32,000 nucleotides of DNA, taken from positions 2,812,644 through 2,844,643 of the forward strand of contig NC_014831.1 in assembly GCF_000184705.1 (NCBI RefSeq). Direction: 5' to 3'. Source of the stretch: Thermaerobacter marianensis DSM 12885. GTDB taxonomy: Bacteria; Bacillota; Sulfobacillia; Thermaerobacterales; Thermaerobacteraceae. A program made the translations under genes and the position numbers. The notes beneath the pieces are model-generated. The model had not been told where the DNA came from and searched no databases. It saw only the letters and a program-made list of their open reading frames with translations. Positions 7,150-16,989 of the stretch are shown here, piece after piece. Numbering within the stretch: the first letter of the stretch is position 1; every line of letters starts with the position of its first letter.

Positions 7150-8604
7150 GCCATCGTCCTCCCGGCGCCGCGTACCAGGCCCCCGTGTCGCCGCATCGGC
7201 CCGCGGAGTCCCGTCGCCGCTGGAACTGGCGGCCGTCGGGGTCCGGGCCGCCCGGCGGTATCTCCAGCGCAACCATAAGAACCCCGCCAGGTCCCCCACG
7301 ATCCGGCCCGCGACGTAGAGCCCCAAGGCCACCCACAAGGCGTACTGGATCAGCGAGAAGGGGTACCCCCATAGAGGCACCCGCAGACTCTGCCAGGACA
7401 CCCAGCCGGCCAGCACGGGCAAGGCCAGGAGCGCCGGCATCGCCGCCCAGGCCCAGGCGTCCCGCCGCCGTCCCACCCGCCACAGGACGGCGCGCAACGC
7501 CGCGAAGGCCAACCACACCAGGACCAGCAGCCACAGCACGTCACGCCGGTGGGTCACCAGCCGCCCCCACATCCCCGCCGTGGCCGTCGTCGCGACGTAG
7601 ATCTCGCTGGGCGGCCGTTGCCATCGCCGGTAGGCGTAGGGGCCGAGGCGCCCCTGGCCATCTTCGGCCCCCGAAAGGCTTGCCTCGATCCCCATCCCCG
7701 CTCCGGGCCGGACCGTGATCCCCGCAAGCCCGGCCACGTACCCGGCGGGCAGGGAGACGTGGACGTCGACGGGGCCGAATCCGGCCCAGGCTGCCGGGTG
7801 CAGGGGAACCACCAGCTGGTAGGCCGGCGACAGGTACCGGCCGGCATCCCAACCCAGTGCCACGCGGGGGAAGCGGAGTTGCAGCTGGTGCTCTTGCCCC
7901 GGGCGCAGCACCACGTCGGTACCCAGCGCCTGGGATGCGCCCAGGGCAACGGGTTCCTCCACGGGGTAGAACCGGCCCGTCAGCGGATCGAGCCACGCGC
8001 CGGTCCCTTCCGCCATCGCCCCGCCCCTTGCCCCACCGCCGGAGCCGCCGTCTGTGGTGCCCTCGGCGCCGGCGCCGCCTTGCGCCGGTTGGGCCGGGGG
8101 ATACTGGGCGGGGTACAGCTCCGCGGGCCGGCCATCCCATTGCACGTCCACATCCGGGGGCGCCAGGAAGCGCAGGGACACCGGCTGCGGCCGGCCGTCA
8201 CCACCCACGAGCCGAAGGCCGTAGCGCGCCTCCACCGTGGCCGTCACCCGCGCCGGGAGCAGGGAAAGGCTCGCCTTCTCGGCGTGCACGTTGACGGCCA
8301 GCACCAGGCGGGTGACCTCCACGGGCGGCCGGCCGGCAGCTGACCCGGTACCGCCGGGGTCGGGAACCAGCCCACCCACGGGGGTGCCCGCCGTCACCGC
8401 CGGCAGGCCCTGCTGGGCGGCCACGGGCCGCGCCGGCAGACCCGTTGCGGCAACCGTCAGGAGCAGGAGCACGACCGCTGCCGCCCTCCGCCCCGCCCGC
8501 CCGCGGCCACCGCGCCGGGCCGTACCCGGAGCCGGGCGCCCTGGGGTCCACGCCCTCCCCGCCGCCCGTGGCCCGCCCGCGTTCCTGATCTGGTGGATGC
8601 CCAC
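7123..8604 (-). CDS. Hypothetical secreted/membrane protein with an N-terminal signal/anchor, a large extracytoplasmic domain and C-terminal multi-TM region; no family recognised
   Basis: High GC3 in this frame. Arg-rich n-region plus hydrophobic core (AAAVVLLLLTVAATGLPA). About 330 aa of beta-rich sequence with a Gly-rich linker. At least three C-terminal TM segments (VLWLLVLVWLAFAAL, AMPALLALPVLAGWV, LIQYALWVALGLYVAGRIV) and a basic tail. GTG at 8604 is preceded by GGGAGG with an 8-nt spacer; the track ORF start at 8820 would abut the tRNA-Asp terminator. Confidence 0.6.
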   Translation of the reverse strand: MGIHQIRNAGGPRAAGRAWTPGRPAPGTARRGGRGRAGRRAAAVVLLLLTVAATGLPARPVAAQQGLPAVTAGTPVGGLVPDPGGTGSAAGRPPVEVTRLVLAVNVHAEKASLSLLPARVTATVEARYGLRLVGGDGRPQPVSLRFLAPPDVDVQWDGRPAELYPAQYPPAQPAQGGAGAEGTTDGGSGGGARGGAMAEGTGAWLDPLTGRFYPVEEPVALGASQALGTDVVLRPGQEHQLQLRFPRVALGWDAGRYLSPAYQLVVPLHPAAWAGFGPVDVHVSLPAGYVAGLAGITVRPGAGMGIEASLSGAEDGQGRLGPYAYRRWQRPPSEIYVATTATAGMWGRLVTHRRDVLWLLVLVWLAFAALRAVLWRVGRRRDAWAWAAMPALLALPVLAGWVSWQSLRVPLWGYPFSLIQYALWVALGLYVAGRIVGDLAGFLWLRWRYRRAARTPTAASSSGDGTPRADAATRGPGTRRREDDGLTAPAGGS

Positions 8605-8761
8605 ACCGACCGCCTCCCGCGCCGGCGCCGTCCCGTGCCGCGCCCCCGCCCGGTTCTGAGGTCGCCAGCGGTCATCAAGCGATGAAGAAGTGGTCTTGGC
8701 GGCTGGCGGTGGCCTTCGATGGCGGGCGCCCGGGTTCCTGCCCGCAGGAAAAGCTCGAAAT

Positions 8762-8802
8762 GCGCGAAAAGAGGCTGAGCCCGGGCTGGCGCCCGGGCTC
8801 AG
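8762..8802 (-). terminator. Rho-independent terminator after tRNA-Asp
   Basis: Minus strand has a perfect 12-bp stem, CTGAGCCCGGGC-gcca-GCCCGGGCTCAG, followed by CCTCTTTTCGCGCATTTCGAGCTTTTCC. Confidence 0.85.
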
Positions 8803-8834
8803 GACGAACCTCCAGACCATCCCGTCCGTTGTAA

Positions 8835-8910
8835 TGGCGGAGGCGACGGGGATCGAACCCGCGATCTCCGGCGTGACAGGCCGGTGTGTTAACCACTACA
8901 CCACGCCTCC
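8835..8910 (-). tRNA. tRNA-Asp (anticodon GTC), CCA encoded
   Basis: Hand-folded cloverleaf of 76 nt: acceptor GGAGGCG/CGCCTCC, D arm GTGT/ACAC, anticodon stem CCGGC/GCCGG with loop CTGTCAC, T arm GCGGG-TTCGATC-CCCGT, discriminator G and CCA. Confidence 0.95.
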
Positions 8911-8970
8911 AACCGCCGCGTTCCGGCACCGCCGCGTCCACGGCTTCCGGCGGCGCCGGGCGCACGGGTC

Positions 8971-9000
8971 ATTCTAGCACCCCACCCGCGCCGGTGTCAA
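8971..9000 (-). promoter_or_regulatory. Sigma-A-type promoter TTGACA-N18-(TGc)TAGAAT upstream of tRNA-Asp
   Basis: Minus strand reads TTGACA (9000-8995), an 18-nt spacer ending in TGC (extended -10), then TAGAAT (8976-8971). It lies about 55 nt upstream of the tRNA 5' end. Confidence 0.75.
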
Positions 9001-9106
9001 CGGCCACCGGGCGGCCGCCGGGGCCCAGTGGCCGCCCGTCGCCGCCCGTCGCAGGCCCCGTCCGCCCGCCGCCATCCGGCGTCTGCCGTGGCCGGCGACC
9101 GCTCCT

Positions 9107-10414
<1,308 letters not shown>

Positions 10415-10429
10415 GCGCCGTCTCCTTTC

Positions 10430-11761
10430 TCATCCCGCGGCGTACCGCGTGTCCAGGTTGCCGAAACGGCCGAATTCCTTCAGGAAGTATAACTTGACCG
10501 AGCCTGTGGGACCGTTGCGCTGCTTGGCGACGATGACCTCGACCACGTTCTCCGACGCCTCTTCCGGGTTGTGGTAGATGAACAGGACCACGTCGGCGTC
10601 CTGCTCGATGGCCCCGGACTCGCGCAGGTCGGAGAGCTGCGGCCGCCGGTCCTGGCGCTGTTCCACGGCGCGGCTGAGCTGGGAGAGGGCCAGCACGGGC
10701 ACCTTCAACTCCCGGGCCAGGGCCTTGAGGGACCGGGAGATCTCCGAGATCTCCTGCTGGCGGCTCTCCACCCGCCCGCGGGTGTGCATGAGCTGCAGGT
10801 AGTCCAGCACCAGCAGCCCGATGTCATGCTCCGCCTTCATCCGCCGCGCCCGTGCCCGCACCTCCATGATCGAGAGGTTGGGGGTGTCGTCGATGAACAC
10901 CGGCAGCTCGCTCAACCGGCCGATGGCATCGGTCAGGCGCGGCCAGTCGTCCTCGGCCAGCATGCCCGTGCGCAGCCGCTGCTGGTTCAGGCGCGCCTCG
11001 GCGGCCAGAAGCCGCATGGCCAGCTGGTCCCGGGACATCTCCAGGCTGAAGACGCCCACCGGGTAGCCGTGGGCGGCGGCGTGGACGGCCATGTTCATCG
11101 CCAGGGTCGTCTTGCCCTGGGACGGCCGCGCCGCCAGGATGATCAGCTCCGACGGGTGCAGCCCCGCCAGCATGCTGTCCAGGTCGCGGAAGCCCGTGGG
11201 CACGCCGATGGTCTCGCCCTGGTGCAGGTAGAGCCGCTCGATGTGCTCGAAGGTGTCCACCAGCACGTCGCGAATGGCGGCATACCCCTGGCGGCGCCGG
11301 TCCTGGGCGATGGCGAAGATGGCCTGCTCCGCCTGATCGATCTGCACCTCGGCCGGGTCCTGGCCCTCGTAGGCGCGCCGGGCGATCTCCGTGGACGCGG
11401 CCACCAGGCGGCGCAGGAGCGCCTTCTCCTCGACGATCCGCGCGTAATGCTCGGCGTTGGCGGCGGTGGGCACGGCGTTGGCCAGGGAGGTCAGGTAGGT
11501 CAGGCCGCCCACCCGCTCCAGCAGCCCCCGCTGGCGCAGGGCCTCGCTCAGGGTGATGGTGTCCACGGCCTCGCCGCGCTCGAAGAGCTCCGCGGCCACC
11601 TCGAAGATCCGCTGGTGCGCCTCCCGGTAGAAGTCGGAGGGCTCCAGGATCTCGAGGACTCGCGCCAGCGCCTCCCGGTCGATGAGGATGGCGCCCAGGA
11701 CCGATTGCTCGGCCTCCACGTTCTGCGGAGGAACGCGCTCGGGCGGTGGCAGCGTGCTCAC
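10430..11761 (-). CDS. dnaB: Replicative DNA helicase (DnaB family; DnaC in B. subtilis nomenclature)
   Basis: 443 aa. PPQNVEAEQSVLGAIL N-terminal motif, Walker A ARPSQGKTT, and C-terminal RecA-like motifs (LSDLRESGAIEQDADVV, AKQRNGPTG). No intein. GTG start with GGAGG 9 nt upstream. Confidence 0.97.
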   Translation of the reverse strand: MSTLPPPERVPPQNVEAEQSVLGAILIDREALARVLEILEPSDFYREAHQRIFEVAAELFERGEAVDTITLSEALRQRGLLERVGGLTYLTSLANAVPTAANAEHYARIVEEKALLRRLVAASTEIARRAYEGQDPAEVQIDQAEQAIFAIAQDRRRQGYAAIRDVLVDTFEHIERLYLHQGETIGVPTGFRDLDSMLAGLHPSELIILAARPSQGKTTLAMNMAVHAAAHGYPVGVFSLEMSRDQLAMRLLAAEARLNQQRLRTGMLAEDDWPRLTDAIGRLSELPVFIDDTPNLSIMEVRARARRMKAEHDIGLLVLDYLQLMHTRGRVESRQQEISEISRSLKALARELKVPVLALSQLSRAVEQRQDRRPQLSDLRESGAIEQDADVVLFIYHNPEEASENVVEVIVAKQRNGPTGSVKLYFLKEFGRFGNLDTRYAAG

Positions 11762-11765
11762 GGCG

Positions 11766-12215
11766 TCATGCCTCCGGGCGCACCACCACGGTGATCCGGC
11801 ACGTCACCTGGGGGTGCAGGCGCAGGGCCACCCCGTACGAACCCAGCTGGCGCAGCGGCTCGGGCAGGTCCACCCGCTTGCGGTCGATCTTGACGCCGAA
11901 GGCGCGGTGCAGGGCCTCGGCCACATCCTGGCTGGTGACGGAGCCGAAGAGCCGGCCGTTTTCGCCGGCGCGGGCGCGAACCTCGACGGACTGCCCCTCC
12001 AGGCGCCGGGCCATGGCCCGGGCCTGGTCCAGCTCCTGCTGGGCGCGCCGCTGCCGGGCCGCCTCCTGCTGCTGCAGCTGGTTCAGCACCTCCCGGGTGG
12101 CCTCGCGAGCCAGCCCGCGGGGCAGCAGGAAGTTGCGGGCGTAGCCGTCGGCCACGTCCTTGACATCCCCCTTGCGGCCCAGGCCCTTGACGTCCTGCAA
12201 CAGTACCACCTTCAC
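11766..12215 (-). CDS. rplI: 50S ribosomal protein L9
   Basis: (M)[35 protein letters not shown] is the canonical L9 N-terminus. GTG at 12215 is preceded by GGGGGAGAG. The 184-codon upstream extension in the track ORF is R/G/P junk overlapping the next gene. Confidence 0.95.
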   Translation of the reverse strand: MKVVLLQDVKGLGRKGDVKDVADGYARNFLLPRGLAREATREVLNQLQQQEAARQRRAQQELDQARAMARRLEGQSVEVRARAGENGRLFGSVTSQDVAEALHRAFGVKIDRKRVDLPEPLRQLGSYGVALRLHPQVTCRITVVVRPEA

Positions 12216-12247
12216 GTTCTCTCCCCCTGCCTTCCGCACCGGCCCGG

Positions 12248-12580
12248 TCACGATCCCGAGGCCGGGCGGGCGCGCCGTTCCAGGTGCTGGCGGATGGCGC
12301 TCAGATCGCCGAACCGTTCCTCCAAGTAGTGACCCCCCAGCCCCTCGGTAGTCAGGCGCCGCACCACCTCGGCCTCCAGCCGCTCTGGAGGAATGCCCCA
12401 GCGGCGGGCCAGGGCGTACACCGTGATCTGGAGCGCCGCCAGCGCGTCCACCAGCCGGGCCGGGTCCCGGGTCACGCCGGCGCGCAGGACGGCTCCGGTC
12501 CCGGCCACCAGTTCGGCCTTCAGCCAGTCCAGCACCTGGAGGCTTTCGGTGATGTCCAGGCCGGGTACGGGATCGTCCAC
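12248..12580 (-). CDS. Small all-alpha protein, possibly MazG-like NTP pyrophosphohydrolase-fold family
   Basis: 110 aa. GTG start with AGGAAGGAG 8 nt upstream. The helix pattern ...[34 protein letters not shown]... resembles the MazG-like ELADVLxY..LA..LGID.E.. layout, but several canonical acidic residues are replaced. The family call is tentative. Confidence 0.5.
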   Translation of the reverse strand: MDDPVPGLDITESLQVLDWLKAELVAGTGAVLRAGVTRDPARLVDALAALQITVYALARRWGIPPERLEAEVVRRLTTEGLGGHYLEERFGDLSAIRQHLERRARPASGS

Positions 12581-12661
12581 GGGCGGCGCTCCTTCCTGAA
12601 CCGGGTGACGTTCGGGCCTTTCCTTCTCCGGGGCGACCTCCGTTCCCTCTACCGAGACACC

Positions 12662-12710
12662 GAAGGCCCGCCGCAGCGGCGGGCCTTCCCCTGGGCGGCC
12701 GGGGAAGGCC
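12662..12710 (-). promoter_or_regulatory. Two overlapping, mutually exclusive perfect hairpins downstream of rpsR (terminator/attenuator candidate)
   Basis: Plus-strand coordinates. Hairpin B: GAAGGCCCGCCG (12662-12673) pairs with CGGCGGGCCTTC (12677-12688), a 12-bp stem. Hairpin A: GGCCTTCCCC (12682-12691) pairs with GGGGAAGGCC (12701-12710), a 10-bp stem. The two share GGCCTTC. No U-tract. Confidence 0.45.
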
Positions 12711-12763
12711 GGCGGCGCGCGCCCCTCCCCCAGACGCTTCGTCCTGGCTTCCGTGGAGCTGGT

Positions 12764-12991
12764 TCACTCGATGGTGAAGGGCAACAGGGCCATGATCCGC
12801 GCCCGCTTGATGGCCCGGGTCAACTGCCGCTGGTGCCGCGCACAGTTGCCGGTGATGCGCCGCGGGAGGATCTTGCCCCGCTCGGTCAGGAACTTGCGCA
12901 GGCGGCCCGCGTCCTTGTAGTCCACCACCGCGATGCGGTTGACGCAGAACTCGCAGACCTTGCGCCGCTTGCGCCGGTCACGGCGCCCCAT
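12764..12991 (-). CDS. rpsR: 30S ribosomal protein S18
   Basis: 75 aa. [53 protein letters not shown] is the canonical S18 sequence pattern. Confidence 0.97.
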   Translation of the reverse strand: MGRRDRRKRRKVCEFCVNRIAVVDYKDAGRLRKFLTERGKILPRRITGNCARHQRQLTRAIKRARIMALLPFTIE

Positions 12992-13008
12992 GTCGCGTTC
13001 AAACCTCC

Positions 13009-13428
13009 TCAGAACGGGATGTCGTCGTCCGGCAGGCCTGTCACGTCACCGAAGTCCGCCAGCTCGTCGCCGGCCGGGCTACCCGGCGCCGCGCCGCGAT
13101 CCGCGCCGGGACCGCGGTCGAGGAACCGCACGTCGTCGGCCACCACCTCGGCCACGCGCCGGCGCTGGCCGTCCTGGGTCTCGTAGGAGCGGACCTGCAA
13201 CCGGCCGCGCACCGCCACCAGCCGTCCCTTGCTGAGGTGGTTGGCGCAGGTCTCGGCCAGCTTCCGCCAAACGACGATGTCGATGAAGTCGGCCTCGCGT
13301 TCGCCCTGCTGGTTGGTGAAGGGCCGGTCCACCGCCAGGGTAAACCCGCCGACGGCCACGCCGCTGGGCGTGTAGCGCAACTCGGGATCGCGCACCAGCC
13401 GGCCGATCAGAACGACGACGTTCAGCAC
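13009..13428 (-). CDS. ssb: Single-stranded DNA-binding protein
   Basis: (M)[27 protein letters not shown]-fold N-terminus and an acidic tail ending DDDIPF. GTG at 13428 is preceded by GGAGGAGGAG. The upstream 59 codons of the track ORF are rejected. Confidence 0.95.
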   Translation of the reverse strand: MLNVVVLIGRLVRDPELRYTPSGVAVGGFTLAVDRPFTNQQGEREADFIDIVVWRKLAETCANHLSKGRLVAVRGRLQVRSYETQDGQRRRVAEVVADDVRFLDRGPGADRGAAPGSPAGDELADFGDVTGLPDDDIPF

Positions 13429-13601
13429 GGGTGGCTCCTCCTCCCCCGGATCCGGACCGGTGGCGCGACAACCAAAGGGCCGAGCCACCGCAGGCGAGCC
13501 ATGGCAGAACGGGTGGACCGGCCGCGGAACGCCGAGGTCGCCCCCGGGATCGGCCGCTGTACGCCGCGGCCCCCGCGCCCCGGGTTCCGGCGCGACCGCG
13601 A

Positions 13602-13895
13602 TCAAGCCACCTTCTCACGCAGGACGATGATGTGCCGGATGATGTCGTCGCTGAGGCGGATCACCCGCTCCAGCTCGTGGGTCACGCCGGCCGGCCCCTG
13701 GAACTGGACCACGGTGTAGTGGCCCTCGCGGTAGCCGGCGATCTCGTAGGCCAGCCGGCGGCGGCCCCACACGTCCACCTGCTCGACGGACCCACCACCG
13801 TCGACCACGATCTTCTGCAGGCGGTCCAGGAGCGCCTTCTCGGCCTCCTCGTCCAGATCGGGGCGGGTGATGTACATCAACTCGTAGGCGCGCAC
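13602..13895 (-). CDS. rpsF: 30S ribosomal protein S6
   Basis: (M)[17 protein letters not shown]...[16 protein letters not shown] is the canonical S6 pattern. GTG at 13895 is preceded by GGGAAGGAGG. Confidence 0.95.
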   Translation of the reverse strand: MRAYELMYITRPDLDEEAEKALLDRLQKIVVDGGGSVEQVDVWGRRRLAYEIAGYREGHYTVVQFQGPAGVTHELERVIRLSDDIIRHIIVLREKVA

Positions 13896-14014
13896 GGCGG
13901 CACCTCCTTCCCTCGGGCTCATGGCCCCCGCCACGGCACCCGGGCGGGCGTCGGCGGGAGCAGGAAGGCCGGAATAGGACGTAGCGCCCGGCGTCGGTCG
14001 CCGGGCCACACCTT

Positions 14015-14043
14015 ACGATACCGCCGGCCCGGACGGGTGTCAA
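14015..14043 (-). promoter_or_regulatory. Sigma-A-type promoter TTGACA-N17-TATCGT for rpsF-ssb-rpsR
   Basis: Minus strand reads TTGACA (14043-14038), a 17-nt spacer, then TATCGT (14020-14015). This predicts a leader of about 110 nt beginning with the 8-bp hairpin GCCCGGCG-accga-CGCCGGGC. Confidence 0.6.
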
Positions 14044-14175
14044 CGCAGGCGGGCGGCGCAGTGCCGGCCTCTGCCCGGGGCGCCCGCCGACCGCTGCCCC
14101 GGTCGGGCGGGGGCCCGCCGGGAGCCCCAATCGCGGGGCCCCGTCACCGCCGGACGGCCGGGCACCGGAAACGCC

Positions 14176-14189
14176 ATTGCCCGGGCAAT
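14176..14189. other. Perfect 14-bp palindrome ATTGCCCGGGCAAT, a candidate Noc-binding site (NBS-like)
   Basis: Matches the B. subtilis NBS consensus ATTTCCCGGGAAAT at 12 of 14 positions, differing only at the symmetric positions 4 and 11. It lies in non-coding DNA, and noc is encoded in this window. Confidence 0.45.
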
Positions 14190-14245
14190 ACGCCAGCCGG
14201 ACAAGGAGCCGGTCCCTGGCCCCGCCATCGGGCCGCCAAGCCCGC

Positions 14246-14271
14246 GGCCGCCGGCGCCATCGCCGGCGGCC
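14246..14271 (-). terminator. Perfect 11-bp GC hairpin downstream of the DUF951 gene (terminator candidate without U-tract)
   Basis: GGCCGCCGGCG-ccat-CGCCGGCGGCC, about 130 nt after the stop at 14399. Confidence 0.4.
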
Positions 14272-14398
14272 CCGCCGCTGTCGCCCGCGGCGGGGCCGCC
14301 GCTCCCCGAGGATGGTTCCGGGCCTGCCGTGGACGGGCGTGGCCTCCGATGTGCAGGCGGCGCGGCAAGGCCGGTTGCGGAGGTCGCCGGCTGGGCGG

Positions 14399-14641
14399 CT
14401 AGGAGCCGGCGCCGGCCGGGGTTCCGGTGTCCTCCGCTGGCGGGCGGTTGGGCCCGCCCAGCACCTGGCGCACCGCCCGCTCAAACTTGCGCCGGGGCAT
14501 CATCACCAGGTGCCCGCAGCCGAGGCAGCGGATGCGGAAGTCCATTCCCACCCGCAACACCTCCCAGCGGTCGGAACCGCACGGGTGGGTCTTGCGCATG
14601 CGCACGATGTCGCCCAGGTAGAACTTCTGCGGTCCCGTCAT
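14399..14641 (-). CDS. DUF951 family protein (YyzM-like small zinc-ribbon protein)
   Basis: MTGPQKFYLGDIVRMRKTHPCGSDRWEVLRVGMDFRIRCLGCGHLVMMPRRKFERAV matches the DUF951 pattern (K.HPCG...W...R.G.D.R..C..CG). The ATG at 14641 overlaps the upstream stop (ATGA). The track ORF runs 222 codons further upstream in a junk frame. Confidence 0.85.
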   Translation of the reverse strand: MTGPQKFYLGDIVRMRKTHPCGSDRWEVLRVGMDFRIRCLGCGHLVMMPRRKFERAVRQVLGGPNRPPAEDTGTPAGAGS

Positions 14642-15390
14642 GGCGTCACGCTCCCTGGCCCGAGCGCCTGCCAGGCCCCTAACAGGATCGGGGCCAGCCG
14701 GGATTGGTCGAGCGCCTGCCACCAGGCCGGGTCGACCAGGCCGGGGGCGAGGCCCGCCAGGTACCGGGCCGTCACCAGGAGCCCGGCTGCCACCAGGGCG
14801 CCTTCCAGGGCGCCGGCAACCAGACCCACGGCCCGGTTCCACGCCCCCAGGCCCGTGGCACCCAGCAGCGCCGTCAGGCGGCGGGCCACCGCCGCGAAGA
14901 ACAGGCCGGCCGCCATGGGCAGGGCGTACAGGCCCAGGTCGGCCAGCAACGTGGCGGCCACCACCCTGGCCAGCAGCTCGCCCAGGGTGGAACCCGGCCC
15001 CGCGGCGCGGGCCGCTGCGCGGAGGGCATCGGCCCACTGCTCCCGCAACTCCGGCGGCAAGGGCAGCTGCGCCAGCGCATCCAGCACCCGCAACAGCTCG
15101 ACCGGCCGCACCGGCGCCGCCGCCACCTCCGGCGGCAGCCAGGCGCCGACGACGGGCTCCAGCACCGCGGCCAGGCGCCCCAGCAGACCGGTCCGCACCG
15201 CCCAGGACTGCAGCTCCCCGGCCCGGGCGGCCAGGAGCCAGGCGGCCAGGGCGAAGGTGGCCACACCGGCCAGGGCCACCACGGCACCGCGCCGGTAGCC
15301 TTGCCATGCCGCTACGGCCAGCACGGCGGCCAGGGCGGCGTCCACCGCCCAGGCACCCGATGCCGTCGCGATCCCCGCACCCCCGTCCAT
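14638..15390 (-). CDS. CvpA-family integral membrane protein (colicin V production protein-like)
   Basis: N-terminal pattern VDAALAAVLAVAAWQGYRRGAVVALAGV (CvpA G-x-RRG motif), a later NRAVGLVAGALEGALVAAGLLV segment, and 4-5 TM segments. Start is either the ATG at 15390 (GGGAAGG upstream) or the GTG at 15414. Confidence 0.6.
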   Translation of the reverse strand: MDGGAGIATASGAWAVDAALAAVLAVAAWQGYRRGAVVALAGVATFALAAWLLAARAGELQSWAVRTGLLGRLAAVLEPVVGAWLPPEVAAAPVRPVELLRVLDALAQLPLPPELREQWADALRAAARAAGPGSTLGELLARVVAATLLADLGLYALPMAAGLFFAAVARRLTALLGATGLGAWNRAVGLVAGALEGALVAAGLLVTARYLAGLAPGLVDPAWWQALDQSRLAPILLGAWQALGPGSVTP

Positions 15391-15430
15391 GCCCGCGCCG
15401 CCTTCCCGTCCCACCGCCGGAGGACCCCGG

Positions 15431-16140
<710 letters not shown>

Positions 16141-16141
<1 letters not shown>

Positions 16142-16989
16142 CAGCCTGCCTCCTCCCCCAGGTATGCGGCGATGACCGCGGGGTTGCGGCGCACCTGGTC
16201 GGGGGTGCCCACGGCGATGGTGCGGCCGTAATCCAGCACCACCACCCGCTGGCAGACGCTCATCACCACGTCCATGTGGTGCTCGATGAGCAGGGTGGTC
16301 AGGCCGAAGCGGCGGTGGACCTCCTCGATCAGGTCCCGCAGTTCCCGGGACTCGCTGGGGTTCATGCCCGCCGCCGGTTCGTCCAGGAGGAGGACGCGGG
16401 GACCCGTGGCCAGGGCCCGGGCGATCTCCAGCCGCCGCTGCTCGCCGTAGGGCAGGTTGCGGGCCAGTTCCTCGGCCCGGTGGCTGAGGCGCAGGGTCTC
16501 CAGCAGCTCCAGGGCGCGCCGGGTCACCGCCTGTTCTTCCGCGTGGAAGCCCCGCGTCCGCAGGATGGCCGGGATCACCCCGGTGCGGGTGCGGGAGTGG
16601 AAGGCCGTCCGCACGTTGTCCAGCACCGTCATGTTGCCGAAGAGCCGGATGTTCTGGAAGGTGCGCGCCACCCCCAGCTGGGTGATGCGGTGGGGCCGCA
16701 AGCCGACGATGGAGCGGTCGAACAGGCGGATGTCACCGGCCGTGGGCCGGTAGATGCCCGTGATCAGGTTGAACACCGTGGTCTTGCCTGCGCCGTTGGG
16801 CCCGATGAGGCCGACCAGCTCGCCCTGCCGCAGGGTCAGGTTGAAGTCCGAGAGGGCCACCAGGCCGCCGAAGCGAATGGAGAGGCCCCGGCACTCCAGC
16901 ACCACGGGCAGCGCGTCCGCTTCCCGCGCCCCCGGCTCGCCCCCGGCCGCCGGGGCCGGCGTGGCCCCGTGGGTCAACCTCTCACCCAT
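16141..16989 (-). CDS. livG: Branched-chain amino acid ABC transporter, ATP-binding protein LivG
   Basis: Walker A GPNGAGKTT, signature LPYGEQRRLEIARAL, Walker B VLLLDEPAAG, and the LivG-type C-terminal motif. The ATG at 16989 overlaps the livM stop (TGATG). The remaining 345 upstream codons of the 627-aa track ORF are an out-of-frame shadow of livM. Confidence 0.93.

Noticed and set aside
8605-8761. ECF-sigma-like GGAACC ... CGAAGG motif upstream of the orphan membrane-protein gene
   Set aside because: The spacing and -10 element do not fit any ECF consensus well enough (GGAAC-N15-CGAA), making it indistinguishable from chance in GC-rich DNA.
12216-12767. 184-codon upstream extension of the L9 ORF; similar extensions occur on the ssb, rpsF, rpmH, livH, DUF951 and yidD ORFs
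   Set aside because: In each case the conserved N-terminus of the family begins at an internal ATG/GTG/TTG with a good SD. The extensions are R/G/P-rich and overlap neighbouring genuine genes.
16344-16358. NBS-like GTTCCCGGGAC inside livG
   Set aside because: Shares only the CCCGGG core and a couple of flanking bases with the ATTNCCCGGGNAAT pattern. It is not a palindrome, and CCCGGG is frequent at this GC content.
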